Shown: one piece after another, positions 33,063 to 43,500 of the stretch
Layout of the letters: every line of letters begins with the position of its first letter
Position numbering within the stretch: the stretch's first letter is position 1
Origin: Candidatus Micrarchaeota archaeon RBG_16_49_10
Lineage (GTDB): Archaea > Aenigmatarchaeota > Aenigmatarchaeia > CG10238-14
NCBI GenBank assembly: GCA_001784635.1
Contig: MFRS01000003.1
Location: 138,763-202,762, forward strand
Length of the DNA: 64,000 nucleotides
Direction: 5' to 3'
Position numbers and translations under genes: made by a program
Notes under the pieces: model-generated
What the model saw: the letters and a program-made list of their open reading frames with translations, nothing else
The model's database searches: none
What the model was told of the DNA's origin: nothing

Positions 33063-33809
33063 CTACCTCTTCCTGCAGAAAACGGTTATGGATTGCGCGA
33101 AGAAGTTGAGAGGGGTCTTGGCCAAAAACTCCTCCAGGTTGGAAAAGACAAACCAGTTCCTGTTCATGAACTCGCCTGCACTCTCGCTCAGCCTGTGGAG
33201 TTGGACGGGTAGCATGTTCTCCCTTATGACTAGAATCGGTTGTGCATACTTGGAGACCATATCGGTTATACCCTTGACGGTGTATTTCCTGTCATGGTGG
33301 CGGGTCTTTATTATTATATCTGCGAGGAACTCCGAAAACCCTAGCTTGTTCGGGAGATCGAATACAAAGTAATAGCCGCCCTTCTTCAGGACCCTGAAAG
33401 TCTCTTTGAGAAATTTCCCTTCGTCCCTGACGTGTTCGATTACGCCAAAGGAGACGACCACATCGAACTCCTCTCCCTTGAACTGCTTTAGATTCTCACC
33501 ATCAGCTTTTATCAGTTCCACGGAAAAGTCCCTGACAACAGGCCAGGTATCCCTTTCTAATATGTCTATCCCCTTAACTTCGCAATCAGGCCTCAGCATC
33601 TTTATCAGCGCCGTTGGCTCCCCTCCACCGCAACCGACATCGAGCACTTTCCCATTTTTCGGGATGTGCTTCGCGACGAGCATGGCGAACCTTATGTACC
33701 TCACCCAGTTGACCAGGCTCTTTATGTTGTAGAACTTGTCGTCCTTATATTTTCCCAAGGCAGCTAACCTTAATTCTTCAAACCTTTCGATGTCGTTCAG
33801 CCTAATCAT
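33063..33809 (-). CDS. Class I SAM-dependent methyltransferase
   Basis: 248 aa. VLDVGCGGGEPT (motif I) and FDVVVSFGVIEHV. Confidence 0.8.
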   Translation of the reverse strand: MIRLNDIERFEELRLAALGKYKDDKFYNIKSLVNWVRYIRFAMLVAKHIPKNGKVLDVGCGGGEPTALIKMLRPDCEVKGIDILERDTWPVVRDFSVELIKADGENLKQFKGEEFDVVVSFGVIEHVRDEGKFLKETFRVLKKGGYYFVFDLPNKLGFSEFLADIIIKTRHHDRKYTVKGITDMVSKYAQPILVIRENMLPVQLHRLSESAGEFMNRNWFVFSNLEEFLAKTPLNFFAQSITVFCRKR

Positions 33810-33857
33810 ATCAGAACCTTATTAGAATAGAATTAAATAAGGATAAAAATTCCCGCC

Positions 33858-34154
33858 TCAGAACTTGAAGAGTTTGCCCTTGAAATCGACTATCTTCCCA
33901 CCTTTTACTTCCACACCTTCCTTTTCAAGGAGCTTTATCTTTTCCCGAAGGCCGCCTGAAAAGCCACCCAAGCCTCCCGAGCTGCTCACAATCCTATGGC
34001 AAGGCACCTCCGGTGCATAAGGGTTCCTACCACACGCCCCACCGACAGCTCTGTAGGCCCTAGTCCCCATTCTGTCTCCGATAATCTTGTATGTCGTGAC
34101 CCTACCCTTCGGGATTTTCCCCATAAGCTCGTAGACCTTCTCGTCGAAACTCAT
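33858..34154 (-). CDS. ogt: Minimal MGMT-family DNA alkyltransferase (C-terminal domain only)
   Basis: 98 aa. IPKGRVTTY, the active-site PCHRIV, and a GG..GG tail. Confidence 0.85.
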   Translation of the reverse strand: MSFDEKVYELMGKIPKGRVTTYKIIGDRMGTRAYRAVGGACGRNPYAPEVPCHRIVSSSGGLGGFSGGLREKIKLLEKEGVEVKGGKIVDFKGKLFKF

Positions 34155-34201
34155 ACCAACCTATTAAATTTTAACATTTGTAAATTTATTTCAGTGGTTC
34201 C

Positions 34202-35251
34202 TTGAAGATACTGATAGCACATGAGATTTTTTACCCCGAGGTATCTGGGGGTGGAGAAAAGATAGTTCTGGAGCTCGCAAAAGGTCTCCTTGAGAGGGGG
34301 CACGAGGTAAAGATTTTCACCTCCGGCGACCCGAAGATAAAACAATACGAGGGCATAGAGACAGTCAGACTGCCGGTAAACAGGTACCTCCTCAGCCTTT
34401 CCCTCCCTCTAATATCTAAACACACGAAGGACTGCGATTTGGTGCAAATAAGCACCGGGAACTTGACCTTCCCTGCGTTTTACGCCTCGAGAATCCACAA
34501 AAAACCTTCCGTGTGTACGGCCTACCACCTTTTTGGCCCCTTCTGGAAAGATGTCAAGGGCCCCCTGATTGGAACCGCTTTCCAGAAATTTGAGAAGTCT
34601 TACTTGACGAGGGACTATGACGCTTTCGTCTTCATGAACAGATACACCGAGAAGCTCGGTTTGGACGCAGGTGTCAATAAGGGGAAAGCACATTTAATTC
34701 ACCCAGGCTTCGATTACGAGAAATATAAACCAAAAAAAATGAAAAAAGAGCCTTTTGTGTTATTGGTGGGGAATTTTGCGATGAACGAATCGATGCTCAG
34801 GGTTAAGGGAACCTACAATTTGATTGAGGCCGCAAAAATGCTCCCTGAAACCGACTTCGTGATAGTTGGCGGCGGTTCAGGCATCGAAAACCTAAAGAAA
34901 AAATCACCGAACAATGTAAAGTTCCTCGGCCCGATGAAGTTCGAGGATTTTGCAGAATATTACAATAGAGCCTTGATATTTTGCCACCCCAGTCTCAGCG
35001 AGAGTTTCAGCCTCGCGATTTTGGAGGCGATGGCATACGGATGCTCCGTAGTATCTGCGATAGATTTGGGTCAAAAGGGGATTAGAATTAGGGTGAAAGA
35101 CACAGAAGATATTGCCAACGGGATTAAACACCTTTTAAACAACACGGGAAAAACAATCTCTATGGGCAGGGAGAACATGAAAATAGCCAAAAAGTTCACC
35201 TGGAAGAAATTCATCGCAGACTACGAAAAATTGTATCAAAGTTTAGTCTGA
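34202..35251 (+). CDS. GT-B fold glycosyltransferase (family 4/1-like)
   Basis: 349 aa, TTG start. PEVSGGGEKIV at the N-terminus and the E(x7)E-like region SLSESFSLAILEAMAYG. Confidence 0.8.
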   Translation: MKILIAHEIFYPEVSGGGEKIVLELAKGLLERGHEVKIFTSGDPKIKQYEGIETVRLPVNRYLLSLSLPLISKHTKDCDLVQISTGNLTFPAFYASRIHKKPSVCTAYHLFGPFWKDVKGPLIGTAFQKFEKSYLTRDYDAFVFMNRYTEKLGLDAGVNKGKAHLIHPGFDYEKYKPKKMKKEPFVLLVGNFAMNESMLRVKGTYNLIEAAKMLPETDFVIVGGGSGIENLKKKSPNNVKFLGPMKFEDFAEYYNRALIFCHPSLSESFSLAILEAMAYGCSVVSAIDLGQKGIRIRVKDTEDIANGIKHLLNNTGKTISMGRENMKIAKKFTWKKFIADYEKLYQSLV

Positions 35252-35367
35252 CTTTAAAATTCCAAAAACACTCTAGGATTCGAAAAAACAGCCTTTGGCT
35301 ACTATTTCTATTTACACCCCGTTTTCAAATATTTAAGCTAAAAAACAAATTAATAAGAGAAGGTTCT

Positions 35368-37563
35368 ATGGTCAAATCCAAGAAAAAAAACTTGAAAGAA
35401 ATCAAGATTAACCCGCAGTCCTTGGTAATTCCAGTCATCCTACTTCTGATAGCGGGCTTCGCTGTTTGGAGCAGGTCGGGCACATTGGAGTCCGATGTCG
35501 TACTTGATTATGATCCTTGGTATCACTACAGGCTAGCCAAGACCATACTTGAGAACAACTTGAAAACTCCCGCGTGGGACTTCCAAACTTTCGCTCCCCC
35601 TGGAAGGATATTCGAACCCCAGATAGGTTGGGAATACACGATGGTGCTCTTTTATAAAATCATGAAAATTATAAACCCCGCCGAGACTTTAATGAGGGCG
35701 GCAATAACGGCTCCTGTCATCATGGTCGGCTTGACGGTATTTTCTGCTTTCTTCTTGGGTAAGTATCTTTCTAATTCAATAGGTGGCCTTTTCACAGCCC
35801 TGTTTGCGATAGGCACACCGACTTTCATAGGAGTCTCTATGGCAGGCTATTCGGACACGGATGTGGTGGTCGTCTTTTACACATTCCTTTGTATATTTTC
35901 CATTCTACTGGCAGTCAACAAAAAGAAGTGGCCCTACTACATATTTGCAATCGTTTCGAACCTGCTTTTCATATACAACTGGTTCTTCGCATGGTACATC
36001 ATAGGCTTCTTCACGGCCTTCATCTTCATCTTGCTCGGCTTCCGTACCTTCGAGCATTTCATAAGGGACAAAAAAATCGATTTTAAGAAAGTTTTTGAAG
36101 GCTCAAAAAATGTGATAGTGCCTTTGCTGATAATCATCATTTTAACAAATGTCATTGGCCTTGCAATAGGTCTCCAAACGATGTTCAGGTTCCTAGTTTT
36201 AGGTTTGGGTTTTGCCGGAGGCTCTGAGGGCGCTCTGGTGAACGTTTCTGTCGCCGAGCTGCAGCCCATAAGCATTTTCACTAGGGCAGGATTCCTGACT
36301 GTGGCCGATAGGGTTGGTATGGGACCTACACTATTGTTTTTGTTCGGTTTGCCGTTGCTCGTCTTCTACAAACTTTTCAAAAAAGTTGAGATAGCACACA
36401 GCGAAATCTTCATGTTCATGTGGGCGGCCATAACATTTTGGCTGATATTGCACGGAGTCAGGTTTTCACTCTTGTTCTCTTGCGCCGTGACCACGGCAGC
36501 GGGCTATGTCATCGGGAACTCCACCATGTTTCTGAAAAAGGGAATAATTCCAGTAACCTTTTACGGTCTCATAGGGGTCTTGACCTTACTCTTCATATCG
36601 AACGCAGTATCTTATGCGCTAAGCGCAAGCGGAATGGAGGTTGGGCAGAACTGGATAGACATGCTGGAATGGCTCAAGCAGAACGCTGACAGGAACAGTC
36701 TGGTCGCGACTTGGTGGGATCCGGGTCACATAATTGCAGGGTATACTGGTTTGAAGGTTCACGCCGACGGCGCGCATTGCATAGAACCATGCTACCCCTA
36801 CAATCACAACGTGAGGATACAGGACATGGGAAGGATAATGTCTACCAGCAACGAGACCGAGGCTGTGAGGTTGCTCAAGAAGTACATGAGCATAGACGAC
36901 CAGGCTTGCAGGGAGGTAGAGGAGAAAAACGAAATCTCATTACCAAAAGGCACTTGCGGCCCACTATCCGAGCTTTACTTCATATCCAGCAACGACCTCA
37001 TAGGAAAGTACACATGGATGAACTACTTCGGGGGGTACAGGGCCCCGATAGTAGATCAGGACAGCTTCTTGAGGAATCCGGGTGTATGTTGCGCCTCGAC
37101 GCCGCAGAGCGAGCCAGGGCAAGTTTCCTGTGGTGAGTTCGCAGATCAAGGGAAAGGCGTTTGGGTTTGGTGCCCATGGTTCTTCAGCCTTGAAAGGACG
37201 GCTACAGACCAGGAAAAGAACCCTGTATTCATCTATGACTACTCCGGCCTGAAGATGTCCATAATTCAGAGGACTAACAACTTGGTTCCCGTTTACATGA
37301 ACCAGTTCGTCATAAACGATATAGTATACTTCCAGGACGGCCAGATGAAGATAATCGACAATTCAAACTTGAACACGACAATGGAAAAGATAGACGGGAT
37401 GGTTTGGGTCGATTCTACACTCAGGACACTGCTTTATTTCCCACCAGAGGTAAAGGACAGCATATTCGTTAGGACTTTCTTCTTCAACGGGGAGGGTCTG
37501 CAACATTTCACAAAGGTTTATGAGAACTCAGAGATAAGGATTTACAACGTCACCTTCGATTAG
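35368..37563 (+). CDS. aglB: Archaeal oligosaccharyltransferase AglB (STT3 homologue)
   Basis: 731 aa. About 13 TM helices, a first-loop DxD (LDYDPWYHYR), and a WWDxG motif as ATWWDPGH. Confidence 0.85.
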   Translation: MVKSKKKNLKEIKINPQSLVIPVILLLIAGFAVWSRSGTLESDVVLDYDPWYHYRLAKTILENNLKTPAWDFQTFAPPGRIFEPQIGWEYTMVLFYKIMKIINPAETLMRAAITAPVIMVGLTVFSAFFLGKYLSNSIGGLFTALFAIGTPTFIGVSMAGYSDTDVVVVFYTFLCIFSILLAVNKKKWPYYIFAIVSNLLFIYNWFFAWYIIGFFTAFIFILLGFRTFEHFIRDKKIDFKKVFEGSKNVIVPLLIIIILTNVIGLAIGLQTMFRFLVLGLGFAGGSEGALVNVSVAELQPISIFTRAGFLTVADRVGMGPTLLFLFGLPLLVFYKLFKKVEIAHSEIFMFMWAAITFWLILHGVRFSLLFSCAVTTAAGYVIGNSTMFLKKGIIPVTFYGLIGVLTLLFISNAVSYALSASGMEVGQNWIDMLEWLKQNADRNSLVATWWDPGHIIAGYTGLKVHADGAHCIEPCYPYNHNVRIQDMGRIMSTSNETEAVRLLKKYMSIDDQACREVEEKNEISLPKGTCGPLSELYFISSNDLIGKYTWMNYFGGYRAPIVDQDSFLRNPGVCCASTPQSEPGQVSCGEFADQGKGVWVWCPWFFSLERTATDQEKNPVFIYDYSGLKMSIIQRTNNLVPVYMNQFVINDIVYFQDGQMKIIDNSNLNTTMEKIDGMVWVDSTLRTLLYFPPEVKDSIFVRTFFFNGEGLQHFTKVYENSEIRIYNVTFD

Positions 37564-38327
37564 CGTCGTCTCAACTTCTTCTTGACCTTCAAAAAAAACT
37601 TAAAAGACGACTTGCTGAAGTCGTAAACCTTGGCCGACACTTCTGAAAACATCTTAGGCATTATGACATTTCCCTTGCTGTCGGAACAGAAAAAAAGGTT
37701 TTCGAAGTAGAACTCGCCGTTCCTCAGAGCAGCAATTACGGTTTTCTCAGTCTTTTCTGATTCTATTTTCATGGACATTAGCAACTTCTCAGCCAAAAAG
37801 AACCTGTAGAAGTAGTGCAGGTCCAAACCGAAAAAACTCAACAGATTTTCGTCCTTTTTTTTCATTTCGCTGAAGATTTCAATCCCTCTTTTTCTTGGCC
37901 ATAATCCATCATATGAGAAGTTCCACAATTCCACGCCACCAAGACCTTCAACCCCCTCTGTATTAAAATTCTCGTACTTTGTAGGGTGCGCCATAATCGG
38001 GAAACCTCCTAAATCTCTAATTTTCTTTATTACAGCATCGACTTTTGTTTCGCTGATAATTTCAGAGACTCCGAGACCAACTATATGCATGCCCCCCTCG
38101 CAGCTGTACTCTACGCTCGGGATTAAAACAACATCGCCGTCAGACAATTCCCTGCATTTCTTCCTGAACTCCTCCGCCTTTTTGTCATCCAGCGATTGGG
38201 AATGTTCGGCGAGGATTACGAAATCAAAACCATAATGTTTACACGCAGATTTTATCTTTTCCAGAGACAGCTTGCCGTCATAGGAATAATCCGAATGCAC
38301 GTGGAACAGTCCGTTAAGCACAGGCAT
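37560..38327 (-). CDS. PHP-domain phosphoesterase
   Basis: 255 aa. FHVHSDYSYDG, ILAEHS and MAHP motifs. Confidence 0.75.
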   Translation of the reverse strand: MPVLNGLFHVHSDYSYDGKLSLEKIKSACKHYGFDFVILAEHSQSLDDKKAEEFRKKCRELSDGDVVLIPSVEYSCEGGMHIVGLGVSEIISETKVDAVIKKIRDLGGFPIMAHPTKYENFNTEGVEGLGGVELWNFSYDGLWPRKRGIEIFSEMKKKDENLLSFFGLDLHYFYRFFLAEKLLMSMKIESEKTEKTVIAALRNGEFYFENLFFCSDSKGNVIMPKMFSEVSAKVYDFSKSSFKFFLKVKKKLRRR

Positions 38328-38328
38328 C

Positions 38329-39525
38329 CTAACCCCTCCTCACCTTATTTATTATTGTGCCCCCGGAATAGATTAGGTTCACCATGAACGGCATCAAATC
38401 AGCCTTATCTAGAATGTCGTAGTTCATCCCTTTAGATCTTGAACTGAAGAACCCCTTCAGCGCCTGAAGCCTATTAAAATTCTTCCCCACGTCTTTGTTG
38501 TACGCCCCCGCCATCACGCTCACCAAATTATATATGTCGCCCACGAGCCACCTGCACCTTACCCCGGTCTTGTACTTGGACACTTTCCCTATGTCTCCAT
38601 CCTTCTCCATCCTGTACAAAAGGTACGGGAAATCTACCCCTGAGGCTATGGCCAGCTTCAGAGAACCCCAAAACCTCCCGTTTATCTCCATGAGCTTGAA
38701 CTCCTTATCTTTCTCATCATATTTGAACTCCACCATCGCTACCCCGTGCCAACCCAGGTCTTTCAGAAATTTTTCGCCTAAAGACTTGACTTCCCTAACG
38801 TAGACGCTCTCCCTCAACGAGCTCCCGCCGCCTGTCGGAGGGAACTCCCTTATCCTCTTGTGCATGAAGAAAGCCCGGACATCCCCGTGGTTCATCAGGG
38901 CGAAATACCCATAACCGTCGCCTTGGACAAGCTTCTGTATAAGCGGAGGTTTGTTCATCTCATACAGCAGCCTGTACTTTTCGACAAGCTCCTTCGGCGA
39001 GTTCGCGTACGAGACCATCTTGCCAGCTATCTTATTTCCCACCCAAATCTTGCTGCTTTCCGGCTTTATGACGACAGGGTACTCGAGGTCCATCGAAAGC
39101 CTTTCAACCTCCTTAACAGTCTTCGGGAAATGGGTATCAGGTACCGGAATGTCATTCTCTATGGCCCTCTTGATTGTCTTCGTTTTGTTGTGGGTCTCCA
39201 GGATGGTTTCATCATCTGGTATGGGGAGTTTGGTGTACCTCATGAATTTTTCTCTGTACTTTGAGATTGGGATTAAGGTGGAATCGTTCACCGGGAAAAT
39301 CATCTCAGGCCTTTTTTTCTTGGTGACCTCCAGCATTTTTTCCAAATAAGCGTTTATGCTGCTCTCAGGCCTTGGGTAGACGAAGAAATTCTGCGTGTAT
39401 TTAGAATAGAAGGCACAGGACAACTTATTATCCCCTGAAACCGTGACATCAACGCCCCTCTTTCTCAGGGACTTGAAGACGTTGAGCCCAATCCTCTCCT
39501 CTCCGCCTGTGACTATTACGCTCAA
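38329..39525 (-). CDS. ATP-grasp carboxylate-amine ligase (COG3919-like)
   Basis: 398 aa. YPVVIKP, IQKLVQGDGYGYF, MVEFKYD and LMEINGRFWGS motifs. Confidence 0.8.
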   Translation of the reverse strand: MSVIVTGGEERIGLNVFKSLRKRGVDVTVSGDNKLSCAFYSKYTQNFFVYPRPESSINAYLEKMLEVTKKKRPEMIFPVNDSTLIPISKYREKFMRYTKLPIPDDETILETHNKTKTIKRAIENDIPVPDTHFPKTVKEVERLSMDLEYPVVIKPESSKIWVGNKIAGKMVSYANSPKELVEKYRLLYEMNKPPLIQKLVQGDGYGYFALMNHGDVRAFFMHKRIREFPPTGGGSSLRESVYVREVKSLGEKFLKDLGWHGVAMVEFKYDEKDKEFKLMEINGRFWGSLKLAIASGVDFPYLLYRMEKDGDIGKVSKYKTGVRCRWLVGDIYNLVSVMAGAYNKDVGKNFNRLQALKGFFSSRSKGMNYDILDKADLMPFMVNLIYSGGTIINKVRRG

Positions 39526-40454
39526 TTCATCACCCTCTCAGGTATCTCGGAAACCTTGCAGTATTCCACTTCGAAGCTTCGCTCGAAGTTCGACAATACA
39601 TTTTTGATGAGTCCAAAGTTCTCTTCGCTGCAGTACCCGTAACCTTTTTTCTCCCAGCTCATGAACTCCCATGGGTGCGCAAGAAAAATCAGGTGAGGGA
39701 TTACCCCATTCCTTTGCTGGAAAAATGCCACCCTGTTAAAAAAATCGAATATTTGATCTTTTGAAAGGTCGACGATTGTCTTGAGGTTGAAGCTCTCGTA
39801 ATAGAAGCTTGGCAACAAGCTGCCCTTTGACAGCTTTGGTATCGGGTTTGATGTGACCGGAACCTCAAACACCCCGCCTATCTTCCTAGGCACCGGCTCG
39901 ACACCCCTATAAGAGGGAAAAGAAGAGTCTACAGTAAAGCCGAACTTCTGGATTAGTTTTAGAGTCTCATCATTCACGACAAGGTATGGGCTCCTGAAGG
40001 ACTTTGGCCTCTCCAACCCGTTTTCATCAAAAGCCCCCAAACCCCTTTTAATCAGCTCGACCTTTTCGCTGTAACTGGGAATCGGCCTATTCAACCACCA
40101 ACCGTTAGTTCCCCACAGCTCGTGGCTGAACCCATGCAACCCGAACTCGTTTCCGCTTAGGTTTTTGAAATCTTTCGCAAATTCAGAGACCATATCTCCC
40201 TGAATGAAAAGAGTGAGGTTGGACTTGGTAATTTTCTCTAGAGCCTTCGCCTTTTTGATGAAGCCTCTCATAGCCTTCGTGTTTTCCAGGTCGAAATCTC
40301 GTTCCACATCGAAGGTCAGCGAGATGAATATCTTGTCAAATTCAGGCTTTTTGTATTGAAGCTTCATTTTGGTCGACTTAGCTATGTTGTATGGCAGGAA
40401 ATGTGGCAACCTGTTGTCGGTTGCGATGTCGATAATTTTCCTCAGCACGTTCAT
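39522..40454 (-). CDS. Polysaccharide deacetylase (CE4-like)
   Basis: 310 aa. LTFDVERD, GLHGFSHE and FLAHPWEF motifs. Confidence 0.7.
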   Translation of the reverse strand: MNVLRKIIDIATDNRLPHFLPYNIAKSTKMKLQYKKPEFDKIFISLTFDVERDFDLENTKAMRGFIKKAKALEKITKSNLTLFIQGDMVSEFAKDFKNLSGNEFGLHGFSHELWGTNGWWLNRPIPSYSEKVELIKRGLGAFDENGLERPKSFRSPYLVVNDETLKLIQKFGFTVDSSFPSYRGVEPVPRKIGGVFEVPVTSNPIPKLSKGSLLPSFYYESFNLKTIVDLSKDQIFDFFNRVAFFQQRNGVIPHLIFLAHPWEFMSWEKKGYGYCSEENFGLIKNVLSNFERSFEVEYCKVSEIPERVMN

Positions 40455-40594
40455 CTAACCATCTTAAATTAAAATTAAACTATTAAAAGAAACCTATTTG
40501 GCCAAAAATGGCACTGTTAGGGCTTCAAAATACCACCCGAATACCCAAGAAAATGTCAAATTATTTATGCTTTCTCTAAAATATTTTTAGTTAT

Positions 40595-43500
40595 ATGAAA
40601 TTTAATAGAAAATTATTCATAATATCATATTTTTTACTTGTAAATATTTCCTATGCATGGTGGGACGAGAGCTTTGACTATTGTAGGGAGCTCAAGTTGA
40701 AAGAGGCTGCAGGGGTAAGAAGGGAGTTCGAAGTCGCAGACATTGTGATAAACACCTCCAATTGGGGAAACCAACCCTTCGAAAATTCCACGAGACTAGT
40801 AACCGGGAGCTGCTCTGGCAATGGGACTGAAATCCCGTCCCAGATTTACAACAAGACTGTGGTTGCTGGCTACCTCCAAAACTTCAACCTCGTCTTCGAG
40901 GCCAACTCCTCCGAGTTCGAACAGAGGACATACTCAATCTATTATAGTAGCTCACCTAAGAACAGGACCACCTACAACTCTATATTGGCCGTGAGGCAGA
41001 CGCAGTCCTGGTGGGTCGAGACCGACATCTACCACTTCTATTACAGCCTGCGCAGCGACGAAGGACTCACGGTTATGAAATTCGTTAAAGACGGCGACCG
41101 GTACACAAACTATGCCGGGAGCCTTGGTAACACTCCCCTCTCCATATTGGACGCTGGGCCGGTGGGACGTTTTAATAACCTAAGCACCGGCCCTCTATGC
41201 TTTATATATCAAAGAGGAAACCTAACAGAAAATGTAATTTGCAGACTCTGCAAGTCCAGCCCTGTCATCTCTTGCGAACACACGGGAAACTCCCCTTATA
41301 GCGTGAAAAATCACATCTTCACCTGGCTCTTCTACGGCCAGAACTCGAGCAGCCTCTATTACAGGACAAATCTCGACTCATCACCCAAGCCGTCCAACAT
41401 AGCTGGCTATAACATGCTTCAGAACTTCAGATACGGAGTTGCCAACACGACAAAGGGGACCAACTTCATAACTGTAATAACTAACGGCACTCAAGACTAT
41501 TCCGTAGACAGCCAGTGGACGATGATAAACAGCCTTGTGTACAATGACAGCTTCGGTCTTCTCTTGTCGACGAATCCATCCATCACATGGAGGAAAGCCT
41601 TAGTAGCTGTCACAAATGAAAGTTTGGACAGTTCCTTCCAAAGGACCCTCAATTACAGCATGGCTGTCGACCATCCATTGGACGAGAACTTCACCTTGTC
41701 AGGGGAGCACCAAATAAATCCAAAAACGGAAATAAGAATCAAAACAGAGCCTGAGATAATAGAGGGAGAGCCTTTCGACTTGCTTGTTGATGTGCAGTCC
41801 GATTCCTCCCCTTTGGCCAACTTGTCTTCGGAGGACTTCCATTTCAGTTTGGGCTCTTTTCCCATCCAAAAAATATCCTTCGACAATTTCCTAAACGGAT
41901 CCTATCTTTTTTCAACGAGCCTTGATTTTATGGACTTTGGATATAAGAAAATCAACCTTAAGGTCAATATTTCTGGCGAGGACTTTTTTGGCGATGCAGA
42001 AGTCCTTTATTTGATGAGGCCCGGAAAGTCCTTGATACTGACAGGATACGACTATGAGAACTACACGTCAGCTGTTCTGACTGGACAGCCCGTCCTCATA
42101 TACGAGTCAAACAGGGAATTCATTGATTATTATATTAGGGAATACCAACCGTCAGAGGTCTTTCAGCTGGGTACCAACCTGGCTTTAAACAATAGCCATA
42201 CCGTTGACTCGCTTGAAACCCTCCACAAAATCTTCCCTAAAATAGAAGGGTCCCGACCTACTGAAACTGATTACATAATACTTTCGAACACGGCTGACAA
42301 GATGTCGATGTTCTCAGTCCCATATTCGATTATTAGAGGTGGCTTGGTAATAAATGCCACAGGGTCTGCGGAAGAGACAAAGCAGATTTTGATCTCTGAA
42401 ATATCTAGATTGCACATACCCGACTCCTACATATTCGAGAAGAACATCTTTTTGCTTCTCGTAGGCACTCCTACCTTCACGGTGGATAACCCCTTACCTT
42501 TCGGGGAACCTTTGAATACCGATACACCATACGGGGATGTTGACGACGACGGCCACTTGGATTTATCCGTTGGTAGACTTTTAGGTTCTCCCGAGTCTAT
42601 GTCTTTTCAAATAGAGTATTCTAAATTTTTACAGAACAGAAAGACCGCACTTCTGCTTTCCTCCTACAACATTCCGGCAAAGTACTTTGATGTGCTGACT
42701 GGCGGCGGGACCTTGGAGGAATCCTTGGGAACTGAGATGACTCTCCGAAAAAAAGGTTTCAGTGTAACAAAGATAGTCGAAAAAAGGAGTGACTACGATG
42801 AGCTAGACTTTTCTGTACTGCAGGAAGTTAAGGAATTCTTCTCATTGTTCGGCCTGCTTTCCGGAAAGAATTATGAGGATTTGTTCGGCGAGGCTTTCGG
42901 TTCCGTGAACTCCATGATTCTCCTGGCCAAGGCGGGAGATTTCTTGATGTACTCGATACATGAATTCGATTGGTCGAGCTGGTGGAACGATTTTCTAAAT
43001 GGTCAGCCTTCATACCCAAGACATTTGCCTGTACTCAACGAGGACAACTTGTTGGACAATACGGGGAAAAATCAGATAATCATTTACTATTCAAAGGGCA
43101 ACTCCACTAATTGGTTTCTTCCGATAAACACAACTAGATTTGAGACTGAGTATAAGATTTTTGACCCGTCAAATCTAGATTTCAACCCAGCCTTTTACTA
43201 CATCAAGCACGACTATAGCAGCAATATCGTTGGGAAAATATTTGATAGAGGGGCGGTAGCGGCAGTGGCAATTGACGGACAGGTGAGCGAACTGCATTCC
43301 GGCAGATTCGCTACAGTTTTCTTCAAAAACTTCGACAAGCCCATTGGAGTCAGCTTGAAGGAGGCGAAGAACTGGAACTTGGAGACCAGTAATGCTAGCG
43401 AATTCGGGAGACATTTCTGCATGGAGGAGTACTACAAGCCTGGACTTATTGGCGATCCCGCGTTGTCCTTTGACCCTCAGCTCATCCTAGAAAAGACAAT